Part shown: piece by piece, positions 34,576 to 42,906 of the stretch
How positions within the stretch are numbered: the first letter of the stretch is position 1
Layout: every line of letters begins with the position of its first letter
From: a virus
Taxonomy: Duplodnaviria; Caudoviricetes
IMG/VR virus record: IMGVR_UViG_3300037467_000857
Span: 1-42,906 of that record
Length of the DNA stretch: 42,906 nucleotides
Strand: one strand, 5' to 3'
Program-made: the position numbers and the translations under genes
Notes under the pieces: model-generated
The model's input: the letters and a program-made list of their open reading frames with translations, nothing else
Told to the model about the DNA's origin: nothing
The model's database searches: none

Positions 34576-35919
34576 TCAGGGCTGTCCCTTCTTGGGCGCC
34601 GGAGCCGGCTTCGGCTCTGGCAGCTTGGTGGGTTTCGGAAGGTCTGGATCGATCAGCTGCTTCACGCCGGCCGCCGCGGCGGTGGCGATCTGGACGTCCG
34701 CGTAGGTCAGGTCTGCGGCCCAGTGGGTGGAAGCGGGGCGCCCGCGGGCTTCGCGGTACTCGTTCGGGGTGATCGCGTTGCTCTGGTACTCGGTCTCGAA
34801 GATGTCGGCGATCGCCGCCTCATCTTCCCGATCGAGGCCCGGGAAGCGAAGCCTGAGCTGCCAGAAGCCTAGCCGTTTATGGAGGGCGTGGCGGGTCAGG
34901 TACGCGGCGTATTCGATGGCCCTAGGTCGGATCGCCTGCTCGAAGTCGCGGTCCTCGGCCACCTCGGCGGTGTTGCGGTTGACGTCGCGCTCGACGCCGA
35001 GGTTCTGCGGCGAGAGGTCGAAGGCGATCGCAATCTCGACCTTCAGGAACTCCTGGTACTTCAGGTAGAGGGCCGTATCGCCCTCGGGGAAGAGCTGGTG
35101 GACCTTGCCGCCCTTGGTCCCCACGATGGGCGTGACGCCCTGCCCCTCGATCTCGTTGCGCCAGTACATCCGGAAGGCGGCGAGGGCGTCCTTGTCGGCC
35201 CCCTCGCCGAGATCGAGCATGATCCCGGGTCGCGCGTTCGTGGTGAGGTTGCCGGCGAACTCGCCGACGCCGAGTTGCCGGCTGATCGAGTTGAAGGCGA
35301 CCTCGAGCGGGCCGAGGCCGAATGGGGTCGACGTGTTCGGGTTCGGCCGGATGTAGATCAGCTCGTCGTCGCGGAGCTGGATCGTCGGGCCGCCACCCAT
35401 GTAGGTGCCGTAGCCGACGGACTGGGTGTAGCGGGCCTCGTTCGCGTCTCCGGTCCAGGCCGGATAGACCTGGATCGAGAGGCCATCGACGGGCCACATC
35501 CAGAGCGGGCGCTCCTGGTCGCCACTGAGCTGCGTCTCGATCGCCCCGGCCCCGACAAGGACGTCCTCGACGACTTGCTCGGTGAAGGTACGGAAGTCGT
35601 CGTCGTGGTTGGGGCTTTCGAGGCAGCGTGTCGCCACCTCGATCTGCCGCTCCAACTCCGGGTTCAGGTCGACGCCCTTCAGCGGGACGATCTCCCACTC
35701 GAGCATCGAAATCGGGTTCTTGACCGTGTTGATCGCCCGGCGGGCGTAAGGCGTCCGGGCGAAGTAGCGGAGGTTCCGCGGGGTCGGCTTCCACAGAACC
35801 TTCTGGCCCGGGCGCTGCTGCCCGATTTGAATCAGGTTCGGGAACGGCTGGGTGTCCCGGTGTGGCTCGGCCCGCCGACGGCCGACGCGCAGCCGCTTCA
35901 GCCCGTCAAGGAGGCCCAT
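34576..35919 (-). CDS. Portal protein
   Basis: LWMWPVDG, DELIYIRPNP, PFGLGPLEVA, IAIAFDLSPQNLG; follows TerL. Confidence 0.92.
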   Translation of the reverse strand: MGLLDGLKRLRVGRRRAEPHRDTQPFPNLIQIGQQRPGQKVLWKPTPRNLRYFARTPYARRAINTVKNPISMLEWEIVPLKGVDLNPELERQIEVATRCLESPNHDDDFRTFTEQVVEDVLVGAGAIETQLSGDQERPLWMWPVDGLSIQVYPAWTGDANEARYTQSVGYGTYMGGGPTIQLRDDELIYIRPNPNTSTPFGLGPLEVAFNSISRQLGVGEFAGNLTTNARPGIMLDLGEGADKDALAAFRMYWRNEIEGQGVTPIVGTKGGKVHQLFPEGDTALYLKYQEFLKVEIAIAFDLSPQNLGVERDVNRNTAEVAEDRDFEQAIRPRAIEYAAYLTRHALHKRLGFWQLRLRFPGLDREDEAAIADIFETEYQSNAITPNEYREARGRPASTHWAADLTYADVQIATAAAAGVKQLIDPDLPKPTKLPEPKPAPAPKKGQP

Positions 35920-35922
35920 GCG

Positions 35923-37218
35923 TCAGGCCCAGGCGAAGGTGTGGCCGCCGTCATCGAGCATGAGCTCGGTCAGCGCCCAGACCAGCGCGTCGGCGCGATC
36001 AGGCGAGCCCTCGCCCACGTAGCCTTCGGAGGTCATGTTCGCCATCTGGTCCTCCAGGTCTGGAAAAGACCCGACGTGCGATACGAGCCCCTGCTCGTAG
36101 AGCGCTGAAATCGGCTCGGCCCGAACGACCTTGCCGCGGCTGGCCACAACCTCCTTGAAGGCTGCGGTCCGGTCGGCGGTCTGGATGACGAACTGGACCA
36201 TGGCGCCGCCGAAGTTCCGCTCGCCGACGATCCTGTCCGCCTGGAACTCGTGGTAGGCGTTCACCGCCCGGCGCCCCCAGCCGTCGGGGGACATCTGGCA
36301 GGTCCGATCCGCCAGGACGTAGCCGCGGCCGTCGACGCCGCGACCGGCGACCACGATTCCGATGTCGTCACCCAACCCGTCGCCCTTAGTGCCCGATGGG
36401 TCGACGGCGACGACGATGCGCTGCAGCTCCGGGACGACCGACACGCGGTGCTGGTCGATGCTGTCGACTGTCCAGAGTGCGCCGTTGACCTCGGTCGCCC
36501 ACTCGCCGCGCTCGAACCTGAGGCGCTTGGCTTCCGACATGCCCGCCAGGATGTCGAAGTACTTGGCGGGCAGGTTTTCCCGGTTGTCCGCCGGGTTCAC
36601 CAGCATCTCGACGTAGTCTTCCGGGTTCGGAAGGGCTTCCTTCGTCCCGGGCTTCAGCTTCGCCCGGAACATCTCGTAGCTCCAATGGAGCTTCGATGGC
36701 GGGTTGCAGTCGAAGAAGGCTTTCAGCGCCAGGTGCGTCCGGCCGGTCGCCTTGGCTATGGCCGGATCGAGCTCGACGTTCTGCGCGAGACGCGACATCG
36801 CGGTCTCGACCGAGGACCAGGGAATCTGGCTCGATTCGTTGAAGTAGAGGGTGGCGTATTCCTGGCCGAGGACCTTCTCCACCCGGGCCTTGTCGTCCAG
36901 GCCGCCGAGGATGATCTGAGCGTCGTTGGGGAAGGTCGCGACGAGGTCTGTCTCGTTCGTGTCGATCGGCACGGTCGGGAAGCACAGCTTCATGACCTTG
37001 GGCAGGGTGTCCTGCCAGATCGAGGCCTTCACGTGGTTGAACCGGAAGCGCCAGATCGCGTGGCGACTCTCAGGGGCGTTGATGCAGCGCTGGCAGATTT
37101 GCCGGACGATAAGGAACGTCTTCCCGGAGCGGGAACCGCCGCGGAGCATGACGTTCGACGCGGCCGAGCTTAGAAGGGCGCGCGCCTCGATCTGTTTCGG
37201 CGTGAGGCGGAACGACAC
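35923..37218 (-). CDS. terL: Terminase large subunit
   Basis: Walker A GGSRSGKT, Walker B-like LYFNE, DCNP, nuclease VAVDPS and PDRADAL. Confidence 0.95.
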   Translation of the reverse strand: MSFRLTPKQIEARALLSSAASNVMLRGGSRSGKTFLIVRQICQRCINAPESRHAIWRFRFNHVKASIWQDTLPKVMKLCFPTVPIDTNETDLVATFPNDAQIILGGLDDKARVEKVLGQEYATLYFNESSQIPWSSVETAMSRLAQNVELDPAIAKATGRTHLALKAFFDCNPPSKLHWSYEMFRAKLKPGTKEALPNPEDYVEMLVNPADNRENLPAKYFDILAGMSEAKRLRFERGEWATEVNGALWTVDSIDQHRVSVVPELQRIVVAVDPSGTKGDGLGDDIGIVVAGRGVDGRGYVLADRTCQMSPDGWGRRAVNAYHEFQADRIVGERNFGGAMVQFVIQTADRTAAFKEVVASRGKVVRAEPISALYEQGLVSHVGSFPDLEDQMANMTSEGYVGEGSPDRADALVWALTELMLDDGGHTFAWA

Positions 37219-37221
37219 ACG

Positions 37222-37728
37222 TCAGGCGCCGGCGTCGTCCGGGTCGACACTCAAGGCGAGACCCCCGGAGTGCTTAACCTCGGACTTGTCGGTGAACATG
37301 CCGAGATGGCGGCCAATCTGGGTCAGGGCCCCGAGCTTGTCGTTCAACTTGATCTTGTGGACCTCTTCGACCTCTTTCTCGTCGCCGGGCTTGCGCCGGG
37401 TGATGACCTCGACGGACTGAACCGCCGCCGCCATCTCATCGTCCATGTCGACCGGGTTGAGCAGTGCGCCCCCGGCCGTGAAGATCTTCCGCACGTCGGA
37501 AAAGCCGATTTTGGCGAGCTCTTGGAGGACCCGATCCGCCGTGATCTCGGTGCGCTCGGCCCGCTGCGCCATCGCCTTTTCTACGGCGGCGGCAATCTTA
37601 ACATTCCTCAACAGACGAGAGCCCTGAGCCTCAGCGGTCTTTGCGCTGTATCCGCAGCGGATAGCCGCCTGCGTCGCGTTGAGGTCGATCAGGTACTCGT
37701 TGACGAAGAGCTGCTGCTTCGGCGTCAT
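37222..37728 (-). CDS. terS: Terminase small subunit
   Basis: MTPKQQLFVNEYLIDLNATQAAIRCGYSAKTA signature. Confidence 0.95.
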   Translation of the reverse strand: MTPKQQLFVNEYLIDLNATQAAIRCGYSAKTAEAQGSRLLRNVKIAAAVEKAMAQRAERTEITADRVLQELAKIGFSDVRKIFTAGGALLNPVDMDDEMAAAVQSVEVITRRKPGDEKEVEEVHKIKLNDKLGALTQIGRHLGMFTDKSEVKHSGGLALSVDPDDAGA

Positions 37729-37746
37729 CAGCTCCTCCTCTCCGTC

Positions 37747-38010
37747 CTAAGGCCACTCTTCCTCGACGACGGCTGGCTTGGCCCGCGGCGGGAGCGGGGC
37801 CGGCGGCTTGTCCTTCGTCAGCCCGAGCCGCGACAGGACATGCATCCAGCCGTCGACCTCGGTCTTCACGTAGGGGACGACGATCCACCAGCCACCGTTG
37901 GGATGGTCCCATCGCCAGAAGTGCCAGACGTGCCAGCCGCGCTCGGAGGGCAGGACGCGGAAAGCTTCCACCGCCCCGACGGCTTCGTCGAAGAGAGAGG
38001 GGGAGGACAA
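37747..38010 (-). CDS. Trp-rich hypothetical protein
   Basis: 87 aa ORF upstream of terS. Confidence 0.45.
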   Translation of the reverse strand: MSSPSLFDEAVGAVEAFRVLPSERGWHVWHFWRWDHPNGGWWIVVPYVKTEVDGWMHVLSRLGLTKDKPPAPLPPRAKPAVVEEEWP

Positions 38011-38193
38011 CTCACGCGCCCTCGCTTGGATATCGCCCGGCTGACCCGCGCTCGCTATGGATGATCACGGTGTCCGCGGTGCTCGCGGGCGAAGGGGTTG
38101 CGGCGTGGGGCCGCTAATTGGTTGGGGCTGTTCGCATGCTTCGCAGTTGGGGTGCGCCCGAAGCTGGCCCCATAGTTCCCGAAGAGCGCTCAT

Positions 38194-38205
38194 CCGCTAT
38201 CGCGG
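38194..38205 (-). promoter_or_regulatory. ops-like hairpin in the late leader (candidate antiterminator loading site)
   Basis: Minus strand CCGC-GATA-GCGG, similar to the RfaH ops core GCGGTAGC. Confidence 0.35.
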
Positions 38206-38292
38206 CAGCTCATGCTCAAACGGTTCCGGCCCGAGCGTCTGTCTAGGGGCCAGCACTCCAAGTCCAGCTTTCTGCTGCTTCGGCGGTTAACA

Positions 38293-39078
38293 TCAAGCTA
38301 ACGGGATCAACATCTCCTCATCGAGCTCGACGGGCGTGACGCGGCCGAACATGGTCACGAACACCTCCATCCGGTCGGCCCGATCCGCGGATTCGACCGT
38401 GGCGTTGAAGCCGGCAAATGGGCCGCCGATGACCCGGGCAAGCTCTCCCTTCTCCCATTCGTGCTTGGTCGGTCGGTTGCCCTTCTTCGGCGGGGGCGGG
38501 GCATCCCATGTGCGGTCGAAGGCCTTGAACGCCTCGGCCAGGATCAGAGCCCCCATCATGTTGGCCTCTACTCTGACCGGCCTGCCGTCGCGACACACGA
38601 TGCCCTTCACCGCGTCATGGCGCCGGGCAACGTCCAGCTCATAGTCGCAGGTGATCCAGGCGAAGATGCATCCGGGGATCAGCGGCTTGTTCCGGGCTCG
38701 CCATGAGTTCGCCGGGCGATAGCGTTCCAGCGGTACATGCACCGTAAGCCCGGCGCCGTGCGGGTTCTCTTCCGACCGGGGGCCGAGCGCCGCCGCCACC
38801 TTGCGCTCCATGCCGGGGTTCACGCGTAAGATCGACCACGGCCGGATCCTCCGGTTCTCCGCCCGGCGCTCCAGCCTCGCCCGGAGTTCGTCAGTTACGC
38901 CAAGGCTATCCTCGATGCGACGGACCCAGACGTCGAGGAGCGCCGGCTCGGGTTCGAGAAGCACGATCGCGGCGTATTCCGCCCAGAGCTCGTCCGGGAT
39001 TCCGTGCGATCCATCCGGCGTGATGATGCCGCAGGCCGAGCCGGTCGACATCACGGCGGGGCTGGCGTGAAGGCTCAT
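38293..39078 (-). CDS. NusG-family transcription antiterminator (candidate late-gene activator)
   Basis: NGN domain (WSILRVNPGMERKV, PLIPGCIF) and KOW domain (VIGGPFAGFNATV, MFGRVTPVEL). Confidence 0.9.
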   Translation of the reverse strand: MSLHASPAVMSTGSACGIITPDGSHGIPDELWAEYAAIVLLEPEPALLDVWVRRIEDSLGVTDELRARLERRAENRRIRPWSILRVNPGMERKVAAALGPRSEENPHGAGLTVHVPLERYRPANSWRARNKPLIPGCIFAWITCDYELDVARRHDAVKGIVCRDGRPVRVEANMMGALILAEAFKAFDRTWDAPPPPKKGNRPTKHEWEKGELARVIGGPFAGFNATVESADRADRMEVFVTMFGRVTPVELDEEMLIPLA

Positions 39079-39329
39079 TGAGGCTCTCCGGGGATGGTGC
39101 GGGCCGTCTCGACGAGGGCGCGTTGAGCCGCGCGCCAGTCGGAGAGGAGCTCCTCGTAGATCGCTCCGCTCCGGGCGCCGGGGTACTCGCGTAGCCGATC
39201 GTCGAGCTGCGCGTAGCGCTTCGCCGCGGAGATGAGGACCAGTTCCGCCGGCGAGAGGTTGGGCCGCCTTTCCCGACGCGATGCGACGGGCTCGGCGTCC
39301 GCGATCTGGTGTTGCTTGTCGGCCGTCAT
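39075..39329 (-). CDS. Hypothetical protein
   Basis: Coupled ORF. Confidence 0.55.
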   Translation of the reverse strand: MTADKQHQIADAEPVASRRERRPNLSPAELVLISAAKRYAQLDDRLREYPGARSGAIYEELLSDWRAAQRALVETARTIPGEPQ

Positions 39330-39535
39330 CGAAACCCTCTCGGCAAGCGCCGTTGCAAATGCTGGCGGCCGAGGCTGGTGTGGACCTGGGCCGCCTCTTC
39401 GTTGTTGGTGCAGTCGGCGAGAGCGAGGCCGACGAGGCGCATCATCGCCTTGAGGAAGGCTGGGCGAAGGTGGCGCTCCACCTCGGCCAAGCCGCCGGCC
39501 ACGAGCTGAGCGGCGCGGGCTTCGATGTCGCTCAT
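39326..39535 (-). CDS. Hypothetical protein
   Basis: MSDIEARAAQ...; coupled to the downstream gene. Confidence 0.5.
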   Translation of the reverse strand: MSDIEARAAQLVAGGLAEVERHLRPAFLKAMMRLVGLALADCTNNEEAAQVHTSLGRQHLQRRLPRGFR

Positions 39536-39659
39536 CGGCGCATCTCGGCGGTCGACCCGCGAGAGGCCATCAGGCCGGTTCGCGGGCAAGTGCTCGGAAG
39601 TCCAGCACCAGCGTTAAACGGGGTTATCAGCCCTTCGGGGCTGAAACCCCTACTGAACC

Positions 39660-39775
39660 TCTGAGTATAAACCCTAGGGATAACTACCCGCGCGCGAGGC
39701 CGCACACGCGGGAAAGGCGCTTCCGGGGGTGTGACGAGCGTCACGCCGTCACGAAAAATCACGCGCGTCACAGAT
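39660..39775. repeat. Putative replication origin with CGTCAC iterons
   Basis: GTGACG 39731, CGTCACG 39739 and 39747, ATCACG 39758, CGTCACA 39766, next to an AT-richer stretch just after the primase-helicase stop. Confidence 0.6.
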
Positions 39776-39776
39776 T

Positions 39777-41717
39777 TCAGCAAAGTGATTGCGCCCCTTT
39801 GTCAGTAATCCAGAGCCAAGGGTCTTGGCGCTCGATCAAGCCCGCTCGCCACAGCGCGTCGCCATCACGGGAGATGGCTTGGCGGATCGCGGCGGAGGCC
39901 TTTCCGGAGCCGAGGAGCGTCACGTAGAGGTCCCGGAAGGCCTCGTACTCGACGCCGTAGCAGCCGACGCCCGGCACCACGCCGCCGCGCTGGCTGATGG
40001 CGCTGTCCAGCACCTTCAGGAAGTTGAATTGGCCGTTGGGCAGGCGGGGTCGTTTGCCGGGCCTGTCGGATCCTAGCTGGGCGGGGACCACGACGCATGA
40101 GGTCATGGGCTTGCCGTCGTCATAGCTTCCGATCTCGACGGGATGCAGCTCGAACCCGAGCTTTAGGCCGTCCTCTCCGTCCTTCATCTTGGACAGGCGC
40201 ATAGTGCGAACGCTGGTGTCTTCCTCCTTCACGACTTCAATGGCCGTATCGATGTTGGCTCGCAGGCTGGTGTGGCCGCGCTCGCGGTCGCCTGCGGCGT
40301 TCTTGTGATGGACCCAGAACAGGGCCGCGCCGGTCGCGCGGTTGATCGCCTCCCCGGCCGTGATGAGCCGGCTGACGTCCTCGCTGGCGTTCTCGTTGGC
40401 CCCGGGGGATGCCGTGGAGAACGTGTCTATGACGATCGCGGCCAGCGGGTCCTGCAGGGCGGCGCGCCAGGCCAGGCACTCGGCTATGAAGGCCTCGGTG
40501 TCCCCATCCGCGCTGAACAGGTCGACGCGCGACGGCAGCAGGATAAACGGCACGTCCTCGTCAAAGACCCGGTTCTCCTGCTTGTAGGCGCGTAGCCGCT
40601 TCAGCAGGCCCTTCCCACCCTCCCCGGCCTGATAGATGACGGCGCCCTTGCGGGTGCGCTTGCCGAGGAAATCCACGCCCCGGGCGATGCAGAGACCCAT
40701 GTGGACGGCGAGGAACGACTTGCCGCTCCCCGAGGCGCCATAGAACATGCCGATGTCGCCGCAGAACATGATGTCTTCGACCAGGAAGTCCTGACGAATC
40801 TTCACAGCATCGATGTCGGCCCAGCGGATGGCCCCGAACGCGCTCTTGGGGGTTTCCGGCTTCCAGGGCTCGGCCGAGGCCTCAACAAGCTGGGCGAGCT
40901 GTTCGGCATCGCCGCCCGCGGCCAGCCAGTCCGAGACATCGCCCTTCGGAGGCAGTTCCGGCAGGTCGAGAACGCGGATCCGCTTGGCGATGCCCCTGAG
41001 GGCCGAGGCGACCACGATGGTGTGGTTCGCGCCGGCCTCGTCATTGTCCGGCAATATCACCACGTCTGCGCCTTGTAGGGCCGGGCCGATCTCCTCGGGC
41101 CACTTCCCGGCGCCCATGGCGTTGCAGGTCGCCGCCAGGCCTTCACGGGCCAGCGCGTCGGCGTCCTTCTCGCCTTCGACGATGTAGATGGTCCGGCCAG
41201 TCGCAACAGCGTCCAGAACCTCGGGGAGGCGATACGGGACCTGGCGGACGCCTTTGACGGACCAAACCCACGCGCCCGGCGAATCCGGATCCGGCCGGCG
41301 CTGCGAGAACGTCTTCGGCTCGAAACGAACGGTCTGGAAGATCAGCTCTCCACGCTCGTCCACATAGTCGTAGGTCGCGACGATCCGCTTGAGCGGCCGG
41401 ACCTCGCCGCGCTTCTCCTGCGGCTGACGGCGGTCTTCGAACTCGCCGCCGACTTCGCGATTGAGCCATTCGATGGCGGCCTTGCCCTCGAGCTTAAGCT
41501 CCCGCTTCAGGAGATCGAGGACGCCGCCGCCTTCCTTGGCCTCGTGGTCGGACCAGACGCCCTGCACGAGATCCACGGACAAAGAGCCATGCGAGCCGAA
41601 CCGCAGCTCGGTTGCGCTCGAGAGATGGGGGTTGGGATCGCCCAAGAGGCGCTTCGCCACCGGCTCCATAAGCCGCGCGAAAGCGCCGGTCTCAGACGAC
41701 GCAAACGCCATACTCAT
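39777..41717 (-). CDS. Primase-helicase (TOPRIM plus RepA/AAA_25-type helicase)
   Basis: IVEGEKDAD, LPDNDEAG, KGDVSDW; Walker A GASGSGKS, IVIDT, VHH, RGHTSL. Confidence 0.92.
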   Translation of the reverse strand: MSMAFASSETGAFARLMEPVAKRLLGDPNPHLSSATELRFGSHGSLSVDLVQGVWSDHEAKEGGGVLDLLKRELKLEGKAAIEWLNREVGGEFEDRRQPQEKRGEVRPLKRIVATYDYVDERGELIFQTVRFEPKTFSQRRPDPDSPGAWVWSVKGVRQVPYRLPEVLDAVATGRTIYIVEGEKDADALAREGLAATCNAMGAGKWPEEIGPALQGADVVILPDNDEAGANHTIVVASALRGIAKRIRVLDLPELPPKGDVSDWLAAGGDAEQLAQLVEASAEPWKPETPKSAFGAIRWADIDAVKIRQDFLVEDIMFCGDIGMFYGASGSGKSFLAVHMGLCIARGVDFLGKRTRKGAVIYQAGEGGKGLLKRLRAYKQENRVFDEDVPFILLPSRVDLFSADGDTEAFIAECLAWRAALQDPLAAIVIDTFSTASPGANENASEDVSRLITAGEAINRATGAALFWVHHKNAAGDRERGHTSLRANIDTAIEVVKEEDTSVRTMRLSKMKDGEDGLKLGFELHPVEIGSYDDGKPMTSCVVVPAQLGSDRPGKRPRLPNGQFNFLKVLDSAISQRGGVVPGVGCYGVEYEAFRDLYVTLLGSGKASAAIRQAISRDGDALWRAGLIERQDPWLWITDKGAQSLC

Positions 41718-41899
41718 CGATCCCCCAAGGTCGCCAGAAAGTCCGCCGCGAGTTTCGAATACCGCTCAGCCGCCTTCAGCAGCCCCCTGGCCGCCTCTGG
41801 GTGCTTGCGAGCGGCCTCACGCGTCTTGGCCGCCGCCACGGCATGCTGGATCGCGCGCACGATGGGGGGCGGGTAATTGATCGGGGTCCTGCCCATCAC
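41714..41899 (-). CDS. Hypothetical protein
   Basis: Coupled ORF. Confidence 0.55.
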   Translation of the reverse strand: MMGRTPINYPPPIVRAIQHAVAAAKTREAARKHPEAARGLLKAAERYSKLAADFLATLGDR

Positions 41900-42117
41900 C
41901 CAAACCTCCCCGATCGCCGATGCATGAGGATCGCGTCTTCTGCTCGGGTGAGGAGGTCCGCCGAAGACTCAGATCGCGCTCCGGCCAGGGAAAGGCTTTC
42001 CCCATCGGGCGTGATGAGTTCGCCGATCGGGCGCTTGGAGTAAGGCCCGCGCTTCAGCTTCAGGACGTAGCCGTCCTTGGAGCGCCAGCCGGAGATAGTG
42101 GGGGAGAGGATGGTCAT
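41896..42117 (-). CDS. Hypothetical protein
   Basis: Coupled ORF. Confidence 0.55.
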   Translation of the reverse strand: MTILSPTISGWRSKDGYVLKLKRGPYSKRPIGELITPDGESLSLAGARSESSADLLTRAEDAILMHRRSGRFG

Positions 42118-42848
42118 GCGGCCTCTCCGCCGAAGAGGGTTTCCTGCTTGGGCTTGGCGGGGGGCTCATCGAAAAGGCGGGGTTGGGCGACGGCCTCCGC
42201 GATGCGCCTGCAGGCTGTGTCGAAGTAGTCGGGGCGCTTCTCAATCCCAATGAACTTTCGGCCCTGGCGGATTGCCGCAACGCCCGTGGTCCCGCTTCCC
42301 ATGAACGGATCCAAGATCGGCTCATCGCCCCTCGCAAACTCGGCGACGCACCACTCCATGAGGGAGATCGGCTTCTGCGTCGGATGACCGACGTTGCGCC
42401 CATCGTTCTCAGCCATGCGGGAAGGCGGCGGGAATTGGCGGAAGTGCGCGAAGCACCCGTGGCCGCCGCTCGCCCAACCCACTTCGAAGTCGCTCAGGAA
42501 CGTGCCGAGCAGGTGCGTCGGCTTCTTGAGCCACAGCAGGGTTTTGCCAACCGGAAGGCGGCTGAAGTAGTGGTTGGCGCCCCACAGGACGGCAGACCGG
42601 AACTCAAGCCACGGGGTCGGATCAAAGGGCTCAGCGTCGCCCTCGATGTCGCCCCAGTCTTCGCGGCCGTCGCCCCGCTTGTGCTGGCCGCCAGTAAACC
42701 GCGTGGAGTCGGTGTTCCAGTCCATGCCGTAGGGCGGATCGGAGACGACCCTGCAGGCGCGGTCCAGGCGCGGCAGCAGATCAGCGTTCTCGCCCAGATA
42801 CAGTGTTGCGTCGCCTATGCGCTCGACGCGGGAATACCCCTCACCCAT
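42114..42848 (-). CDS. N4-cytosine/N6-adenine DNA methyltransferase (beta class)
   Basis: SDPPYG (motif IV) precedes HPTQKP and LDPFMGSGTTG (motif I); start may extend to 42887. Confidence 0.92.
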   Translation of the reverse strand: MGEGYSRVERIGDATLYLGENADLLPRLDRACRVVSDPPYGMDWNTDSTRFTGGQHKRGDGREDWGDIEGDAEPFDPTPWLEFRSAVLWGANHYFSRLPVGKTLLWLKKPTHLLGTFLSDFEVGWASGGHGCFAHFRQFPPPSRMAENDGRNVGHPTQKPISLMEWCVAEFARGDEPILDPFMGSGTTGVAAIRQGRKFIGIEKRPDYFDTACRRIAEAVAQPRLFDEPPAKPKQETLFGGEAA

Positions 42849-42906
42849 GCCGATCCTCCGGGAATGGGAGGACGGTCGAGGGCTCACCGTTCGCAGCGGC
42901 TTGGAT

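Larger units (their letters stand above)
1..42906. mobile_element. Temperate myovirus genome (near-complete, attP form; immunity region not in window)
   Basis: Complete packaging, head, contractile tail, baseplate, lysis, replication and integration modules; no host housekeeping genes. Confidence 0.95.

Noticed and set aside
36830-36850. Atypical TerL Walker B (LYFNE instead of hhhDE) as a sign of inactivation
   Set aside because: The catalytic Glu and all other motifs are intact; most likely a natural variant
16560-37173. Long + strand ORFs (e.g. 16560-17879, 21363-23018, 31261-33048, 34879-36108)
   Set aside because: Antisense shadows of well-supported structural genes in high-GC DNA, with no motifs

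Overview
The whole window is a high-GC temperate myovirus (contractile tail), most likely of an Alphaproteobacterium (Caulobacteraceae-like host, inferred). It appears to be in the excised form, because an intact attP whose core matches a tRNA-Glu 3' end sits next to the tyrosine integrase with phage genes on both sides. The + strand left arm (1-5470) holds the end of a C5 cytosine methyltransferase apparently split over two overlapping frames, small early genes, a candidate excisionase, the integrase, attP and accessory genes (a CE6/SASA esterase and two small ORFs). The long - strand operon runs from 42.9 kb to 5.5 kb: N4/N6 methyltransferase, primase-helicase with origin-like iterons, NusG-type antiterminator, TerS/TerL, portal, protease/scaffold, capsid, neck, sheath, tube, frameshifted tail chaperones, tape measure, Mu/P2-like baseplate, two paralogous tail fibres with partner genes, a third fibre, holin candidates, an endolysin and a cluster of exported or possibly anti-defence proteins. 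No repressor/cro region is seen; it probably lies beyond the window edges. The most notable observations are three unrelated esterases, antisense accessory genes with identical leaderless-promoter geometry, the overlapping-frame methyltransferase, the post-lysis cargo cluster and a NusG paralogue with an ops-like hairpin. All family assignments come from motif recognition by eye, not from database searches.
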